This document shows positions 58,767 through 64,000 of a stretch of DNA of 64,000 nt, in pieces (the first letter of the stretch is position 1; the number at the start of each line of letters is the position of its first letter). Under the pieces are notes generated by a model. It made no database searches, was not told where the DNA came from, and was given only the letters and a program-made list of their open reading frames with translations. The translations under genes were made by a program, and so were the position numbers. The stretch is from positions 24,828 through 88,827 of IMG/VR virus record IMGVR_UViG_3300002026_000008; one strand, 5' to 3'. This DNA comes from a virus. Its lineage: Duplodnaviria > Caudoviricetes.

Positions 58767-61700
58767 ATGATACAGCATTCTATTCTGTCAACAACTGCAG
58801 GCTCAGCTGGTAATGGTTATTTTGAGGTAGCAGATGACCTCACTTCATTGTTCGTGGCACCACCCGGCGGTATTATATCACCTACCTCTTTCTCTGTCAC
58901 GAATTCGGTTGGTAATGACGGCAACTATACTGTTAGTGATTCGACCTATAATGCAGCAACTGTTAAAACCCGAATATTTGTAACTACTAATATTCCGTTT
59001 AGCAGTGTTAGTAATGGATCACTGACTATTAATTACACCCCATCCTATCGTATAGATTTTACAAGCAGTACTAAACCGTCAATTTATATTAAACCGTTAT
59101 CTGTTAATGGTCCAATGTTAAACGTTGAGGGTATTACTGAAAGCGATGATCTACCATTACAGTTTTCTAATACCTCATTAGATTTACCTGGTAGAGGAAC
59201 ACCTAATTATGGTGAATTGGTTTTGCAAAACTTAGTTAGAATAACCGAGAATTTTGCTAGTTCAACTGAACCTCCGGCGATGACAAAAGGACAGTTATGG
59301 TATGATGACTCTAACAATGTTTTAAAATTGCGCACTGTTGACGCAACTTCTCAGCCGGCATGGACGAATGTTATCAGTGGTACATTAAGCATTATTGGTC
59401 ATACTCATATAGTTGATAATGCTCAACCACTTCAAAATTGGAACATTACTCACAATTTATCAACACAGAATGTAAATGTTCAAATTTATATAAACGTTAA
59501 CGGTAATCTAGAGTTAACAATGCCTTCATCATTACAAATTATTGATTTAAATAATGTAATAGTGCAATTTACACAACCTCGATCTGGTAGAGCTACCATA
59601 ATTGCAAATGTTGATGAAAATACATTACCTAATTTACCAATTGGAAATTTATCAGCCGGCGACGGTCTTGTTCTTAATGGAACAGAATTAAATATTGGTG
59701 CAACATCCAATTTTACTCTAGCACCTGGTAGTATTGATTTGTCACTTGTTCCTGGTTTAATTCCTGGTACCTATAATTCATTAGTTGTAAATCAATATGG
59801 TAGGGTCGTCGCTGGTAGCAATATCAATTATGCCGATCTTGCTAACCATGTTCCTTTTACCGGTATAACTGGCAAACCAACAACGGTATCTGGTTATGGT
59901 ATTACTGATGCAGTAACATACGATTATATGTCGCGACTGTTTACAGATGTTAACTTATTATCATCTACTGGTTTTTATAACTTACAAACAACTGTACCAA
60001 ATGCACCTCCTGGCTCATCATTAGGTAATCTTATTTCTATCCAGGGCGGTGCAACAGGTATGCAATTGCTCGGTGGATATACAAATGACCTGTGGCATCG
60101 CGGTTGGGAAGGCTCAGCCAGCTATTTTTATCCATGGCGCAAAGTAATTGATTCAAATAATTTCAATTCATATGTACCAACATTAACTGGCGCTGGCGCT
60201 TCTGGTACATGGCCAATAAGCATTACCGGTAATGCTGCAACTGTATCGAATGGAGTATATGTTACTGGCGCTCAATCTGTAACAGGGGTAAAGCAATTTG
60301 TAAGTTCTGAGAACCCATTATCAATGGCGACTGGTTCAGCAAATGCATTAGAAGTAAAGGCTGGAGCAACAGGTGCTGCAATGATGTCATTCTATCGCCC
60401 TGGTTCATATGGTGCATATTTAGGTATTGATACTGACAATCAACTCAGTTATGGTGGTTGGTCGACTGGTGCTGTAAGTTATAAAATTCTGCATTCGGGT
60501 AATTTTACATCATATGTACCAACATTAACTGGCACTGGTGCTTCTGGCACCTGGCCAATTGCAGTTAGCGGTGCGGCAGCTTCAGTACCTTGGACCGGCG
60601 TTACTGGTAAACCTGCAAGTTTAATGGCATTTAATAGTTTCAATCTTGATGCTAATACCATGACGCCAGCATCAATGGGCTTTACATATGCAATAAATGC
60701 TCCGTGGTCAGGACCGATTGTTAGTACTTCTACATCAGTATCAGCTACAACTGGGTATGAAATGCAATTAAATTCTTCATACACCACAGCAGGAAATATG
60801 TCATTTAGAACGCGTAATGGTGATACTAATGTTTGGAATGCTTGGTCAACATTTTTAACAACCGGTAATTATACTTCATATGTTCCATCTGTAACTGGTG
60901 TAGGTGCAACTGGTAATTGGGGAATAAACATAACCGGCACAGCTGAAAATGTGACTACTCCTACCGCAGGATATAAACATTTAGGTGCTTGGGGTGTTGC
61001 TCGCACTGCAGTAGGTGCAATATTGGTAAATACCTCTTATATGTCAGATACCTCTGCTGCTTGCTCTGGTAATTCGTATTCTGCAACGTATTTAACAGCA
61101 ACACAGCAAATTAATACAATTACTGGTGTATCAACCAGTATGTCGATGTCGCAAGATACAGGTGCCACGCGTGGTAGTTTTATCGCAAGAGCTGCAGGTA
61201 CTGGTGATGCTAATTTAGCAGGTATGACTTTTTGGAATGATGCCTATGCAATTAAAATGGGTGTTCGTGCAGATGGTTATTTAGGGATTGGTGGTGGGAG
61301 TCGTGCTGCATGGTCTTGGTATACTGATCCAGCAGGCAATATGACAGCTGCTGGTAATGTGACTTCTTACTCTGATCCAAGACTAAAAGAAAATTTCAAA
61401 ATAATCAATGATCCATTTACTATTCTAAATGCATTAGACGGCGGAACATTTACATGGAAGCATGGTTATCAACATACTGAAGTAAAAGCCGGTAAACGAG
61501 ATTATGGTGTTCTTGCTGATCAAGTAGAAGCTGTTATGCCAGAGATTATAACAGAATCTATTGAATTAGATGGTGAAAGTTATAAAACTGTTGCTTATGA
61601 GAAACTAATTCCAGTATTGCTTGAGGCAGTAAAATCATTAAAAGCTGAAGTTACTGAATTGCAACGTAAATTAGATGGTTATGGTATAAGTGTTACACCA

Positions 61701-61793
61701 ATTCCTGTTTCAACTACTGTTGCCACCGTAATTACAGCACCAGATATTGTTGAAAATTTAGTATTTGAAACTTTGCCTGTCTTAAACAATTAA
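58767..61793 (+). CDS. Long tail fibre with C-terminal peptidase S74 intramolecular chaperone
   Basis: NYGELVLQNLVRITENFAS..PP...GQLWYD N-terminus; SDPRLKENF...RDYGVLADQVEAVMPE...VAYEKLIPVLLEAVKSL; ATAAATA at 58711-58717. Confidence 0.9.
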   Translation: MIQHSILSTTAGSAGNGYFEVADDLTSLFVAPPGGIISPTSFSVTNSVGNDGNYTVSDSTYNAATVKTRIFVTTNIPFSSVSNGSLTINYTPSYRIDFTSSTKPSIYIKPLSVNGPMLNVEGITESDDLPLQFSNTSLDLPGRGTPNYGELVLQNLVRITENFASSTEPPAMTKGQLWYDDSNNVLKLRTVDATSQPAWTNVISGTLSIIGHTHIVDNAQPLQNWNITHNLSTQNVNVQIYINVNGNLELTMPSSLQIIDLNNVIVQFTQPRSGRATIIANVDENTLPNLPIGNLSAGDGLVLNGTELNIGATSNFTLAPGSIDLSLVPGLIPGTYNSLVVNQYGRVVAGSNINYADLANHVPFTGITGKPTTVSGYGITDAVTYDYMSRLFTDVNLLSSTGFYNLQTTVPNAPPGSSLGNLISIQGGATGMQLLGGYTNDLWHRGWEGSASYFYPWRKVIDSNNFNSYVPTLTGAGASGTWPISITGNAATVSNGVYVTGAQSVTGVKQFVSSENPLSMATGSANALEVKAGATGAAMMSFYRPGSYGAYLGIDTDNQLSYGGWSTGAVSYKILHSGNFTSYVPTLTGTGASGTWPIAVSGAAASVPWTGVTGKPASLMAFNSFNLDANTMTPASMGFTYAINAPWSGPIVSTSTSVSATTGYEMQLNSSYTTAGNMSFRTRNGDTNVWNAWSTFLTTGNYTSYVPSVTGVGATGNWGINITGTAENVTTPTAGYKHLGAWGVARTAVGAILVNTSYMSDTSAACSGNSYSATYLTATQQINTITGVSTSMSMSQDTGATRGSFIARAAGTGDANLAGMTFWNDAYAIKMGVRADGYLGIGGGSRAAWSWYTDPAGNMTAAGNVTSYSDPRLKENFKIINDPFTILNALDGGTFTWKHGYQHTEVKAGKRDYGVLADQVEAVMPEIITESIELDGESYKTVAYEKLIPVLLEAVKSLKAEVTELQRKLDGYGISVTPIPVSTTVATVITAPDIVENLVFETLPVLNN
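60168..60533 (+). repeat. Direct repeat within tail fibre (SYVPTLTG.GASGTWPI module, three copies)
   Basis: 24-nt identity tcatatgtaccaacattaactggc at 60168 and 60510; degenerate third copy near 60876. Confidence 0.85.
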
Positions 61794-61798
61794 GATGC

Positions 61799-61829
61799 AA
61801 CACCGGATCGACAATGTCGATCCGGTGTT
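61799..61829. terminator. Bidirectional terminator-like hairpin between convergent genes
   Basis: aacaccggatcgac-aat-gtcgatccggtgtt. Confidence 0.75.
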
Positions 61830-61841
61830 TGTTATTTCATA

Positions 61842-62069
61842 TTAATCTTCTTCATACTCGGCGACATCTTCACCCTCTTCATCAAGAATTTCCTTAATAG
61901 CAGTATGAAGAACATCATTGTCTTCTAAACTCGAATAATCATTTGCATCATTATCTCTAAACTGCTCTACTAAAATTTTTGCAATTGCTGCTCGTTCGTC
62001 ACTGGGAATAAAATGCTCAACTTGTTCCCAAACATCCGCTAAAAGATTCATACCTGCTGACCAACTCAT
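61842..62069 (-). CDS. Small acidic hypothetical protein
   Basis: 75 aa; TATAAATA upstream at 62107-62114. Confidence 0.6.
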   Translation of the reverse strand: MSWSAGMNLLADVWEQVEHFIPSDERAAIAKILVEQFRDNDANDYSSLEDNDVLHTAIKEILDEEGEDVAEYEED

Positions 62070-62142
62070 ATTACATCCTCCAAAATTGTTGAGTTACTAA
62101 CAACTCTATTTATACTTCACCGCGGAGGACTTATTAAGAATC

Positions 62143-62361
62143 TTATTTTTCGTAAAGTTCCCAAAGATTATTGTGTAAGACTTTCTCAAAATCTTCACCT
62201 AGTGCTTCTTGTGACGAATGCATTTTTCGTGCCATATAATGAATATTCATTAGCTTAATGATATTCACCAAAATTACACTGATTAAAGCAAACACTGTAA
62301 AGGCAAATCCTGCAATCATATCAGTCACCTCGAAGTTAAATTGATAAATAGAGCCCATCAC
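62143..62361 (-). CDS. Small membrane protein
   Basis: One TM segment; FEKVLHNNLWELYE tail. Confidence 0.45.
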   Translation of the reverse strand: MMGSIYQFNFEVTDMIAGFAFTVFALISVILVNIIKLMNIHYMARKMHSSQEALGEDFEKVLHNNLWELYEK

Positions 62362-62455
62362 AAAATAAAATAATATCCCTAATAATACCCAAAATAAATC
62401 TTGTATTTACACGGTGCATTGATTAAATGGGAGAGTTATTAGCTCTCCCGTTCCT

Positions 62456-64000
62456 TTAAAACTGTGAAATCAGTTGTGGAGTATTGCTATCGAAACCTAC
62501 TAAATCCAACATACCGGAATCATTAGGATCAGCAATTGTGAACTGCGTCGCCGCCGTACCTGCAACGATAAGCTTCGATGGCATATTGTACTTTTCACGA
62601 TAACGCTTCAATGCTTGTGCAGGTTGAACAGTACCTGCATATGTTTCATTATCCGTGTAAACTAAAAACTTGTTTACATTCTTGAAACCCATACGATCAG
62701 CTGTCAGCATTGGTAGTGCACACTCAGTAGTACCCCAGTTGAAGTGACGAATAACTTCCATAACTGCATCGAGACGCATATTCGCATTGATCTTCAATTC
62801 AGACATTGCGTGATTGAAACCTCCGACCCAGTAATTCTTTTCAACCTTCATGGTGGCCATTGCCATAACAGCAGATGCTTCAGCAGCCGTAATGCAAGGA
62901 ATACCATTCACCGTTGCACCAAACATTGAACCTGAACAATCGATACCGATGAGGTAGTTTTCACCGGTAGGTTCGATGTTAGCAAATGATGCATAGAATG
63001 CATCATTCAATGCATCCACAATACGCTGATTGGTTGTCCAAGCGAGACTTCCACGATCACCATGGCCTTGACTATAAACCTTCAAAGCAGACAGAATCTG
63101 AATTGGGTGTACTCGTGCCTTCTTGATAAGATCGGCGTCAGCAAGACGATCAATAACCAACTTTGATCCATCACTGAATTGATCAAGCACGTTGATTGCA
63201 CCCATACGACCTAGGCTACGAATCATTGCACCGACACCCATCTTCTGAAGCAAGGCTTCCCAAATCTTACGATTCTTCAGCTGTTCAGTTGGTAGCATTT
63301 CGTGAGTGAGGCCATACTTATCAATTGCACCAAGAGATACCTGAATATCGTTTGCTTCGTGCACTGCCATGAAAGCATTAACCAAATCAGGCAAAGGTGC
63401 TTCCTGAGCAGGATACTTTGTTGACTTTGTAACCCAGTTAAACAAACGCGCTTGTTCAGGGCTAGTCGATACGGGATGTGACAAACGCATAACATCACGG
63501 TGCGACCAACCATTACGCTGCTGATACTTAACCAACTGGAAAGCAAGCTTATCAATCTGCTTATCGGTGTACCATGCAGCTACACCCTTCTTCAGCGACT
63601 TACCCCATCCACGAAGTGAATCAGCATATTCTGCAAAGGTAAATAGATGAGTACCGATACGTGCAACCTTCGGTAATGCAGCCATTGATGCCTTAACCAC
63701 TTCATCAATCTTGCTAGCAGAACAAAGTGCAAGAACGAACAATGCTGGATCATTCTTTGGAGCGCGACCAGCCAAAGAAATTTCAACAACACGATCAACG
63801 ACCTTCACACCATCGGTCTGAATGAGCCTCTGGATATTCTTCGCATTATCCTTTACGAGCTTCTTTTCACCGACGTAGTATGTGCCACCTTCAGCACCAA
63901 GAATCAGGAAACGATCCAGTTGTGCCCACTTATCCATAACAAAGGAAAAACCACCAGCATTGTTTTCCTTCATACCCTTCATCTTTTCAGTTTGTGATAC
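62456..64000 (-). CDS. Ro60/TROVE-domain RNA-binding protein with vWA domain (frame open to right edge; start uncertain)
   Basis: NNAGGF, LDRFLILG.EGGTYY, GRAPKNDPALF, KYQQRNGWSHRD, GIDCSGSM MIDAS, GTTECALPM, YTDNET, DPNDSGMLDLVGFD. Confidence 0.93.
   Translation of the reverse strand, partial: VSQTEKMKGMKENNAGGFSFVMDKWAQLDRFLILGAEGGTYYVGEKKLVKDNAKNIQRLIQTDGVKVVDRVVEISLAGRAPKNDPALFVLALCSASKIDEVVKASMAALPKVARIGTHLFTFAEYADSLRGWGKSLKKGVAAWYTDKQIDKLAFQLVKYQQRNGWSHRDVMRLSHPVSTSPEQARLFNWVTKSTKYPAQEAPLPDLVNAFMAVHEANDIQVSLGAIDKYGLTHEMLPTEQLKNRKIWEALLQKMGVGAMIRSLGRMGAINVLDQFSDGSKLVIDRLADADLIKKARVHPIQILSALKVYSQGHGDRGSLAWTTNQRIVDALNDAFYASFANIEPTGENYLIGIDCSGSMFGATVNGIPCITAAEASAVMAMATMKVEKNYWVGGFNHAMSELKINANMRLDAVMEVIRHFNWGTTECALPMLTADRMGFKNVNKFLVYTDNETYAGTVQPAQALKRYREKYNMPSKLIVAGTAATQFTIADPNDSGMLDLVGFDSNTPQLISQF

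Noticed and set aside
54453-61793. Diversity-generating retroelement behind the LRR or fibre repeats
   Set aside because: No reverse transcriptase in the window, and repeat copies differ at all base types rather than only at adenines.
1-64000. Genome-wide TAG or TGA reassignment
   Set aside because: TAG ends intact genes (e.g. 9124, 39153-39155), TGA is used in many ATGA overlaps, and long genes are uninterrupted under the standard code.
1-64000. CRISPR array or tRNA genes
   Set aside because: No regularly spaced repeat-spacer series and no cloverleaf with T-loop/D-loop consensus seen by eye; tRNAscan-SE should confirm.

Overview
AT-rich fragment of a large T4-related (jumbo) myophage genome, mostly coded on the minus strand. 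No rRNA, tRNA or CRISPR array was recognised. Blocks: (1) 1-19.1 kb: tail-fibre/virion module with duplicated adaptor + Gly-rich fibre cassettes, plus PhoH, ClpP, RNA ligase 1, a permuted NlpC/P60 hydrolase and a frameshifted HNH endonuclease. (2) 19-35.7 kb: early genes including a macrodomain, ThyA with a free-standing GIY-YIG endonuclease, a SLOG protein, a second ligase, both type II topoisomerase subunits and many small ORFs. (3) 36-39.2 kb: late genes including two LRR-like paralogues, followed by a strongly structured ~500 nt non-coding element. (4) 40.3-52.4 kb: putative cytosine hypermodification cluster with a dCMP-type thymidylate synthase homologue, dNMP kinase, T4 beta-glucosyltransferase homologue, stand-alone GlmU acetyltransferase domain, NTP transferase, YvcK/CofD-HAD fusion and SAM methyltransferase, plus a DinG helicase. 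(5) 52.5-58.6 kb: coupled operon of a Pol-beta-type nucleotidyltransferase, five more LRR-like paralogues and a full-length chemoreceptor (MCP). (6) Long tail fibre with S74 chaperone and a Ro60/TROVE gene at the right edge. Best candidates for new biology: the seven-member LRR-like family with T4 internal-protein-like capsid-targeting N-termini; the hypermodification cluster with its own apparent UDP-HexNAc supply; the phage chemoreceptor; and the structured non-coding element. All family calls come from motif recognition by eye; no database searches were run.
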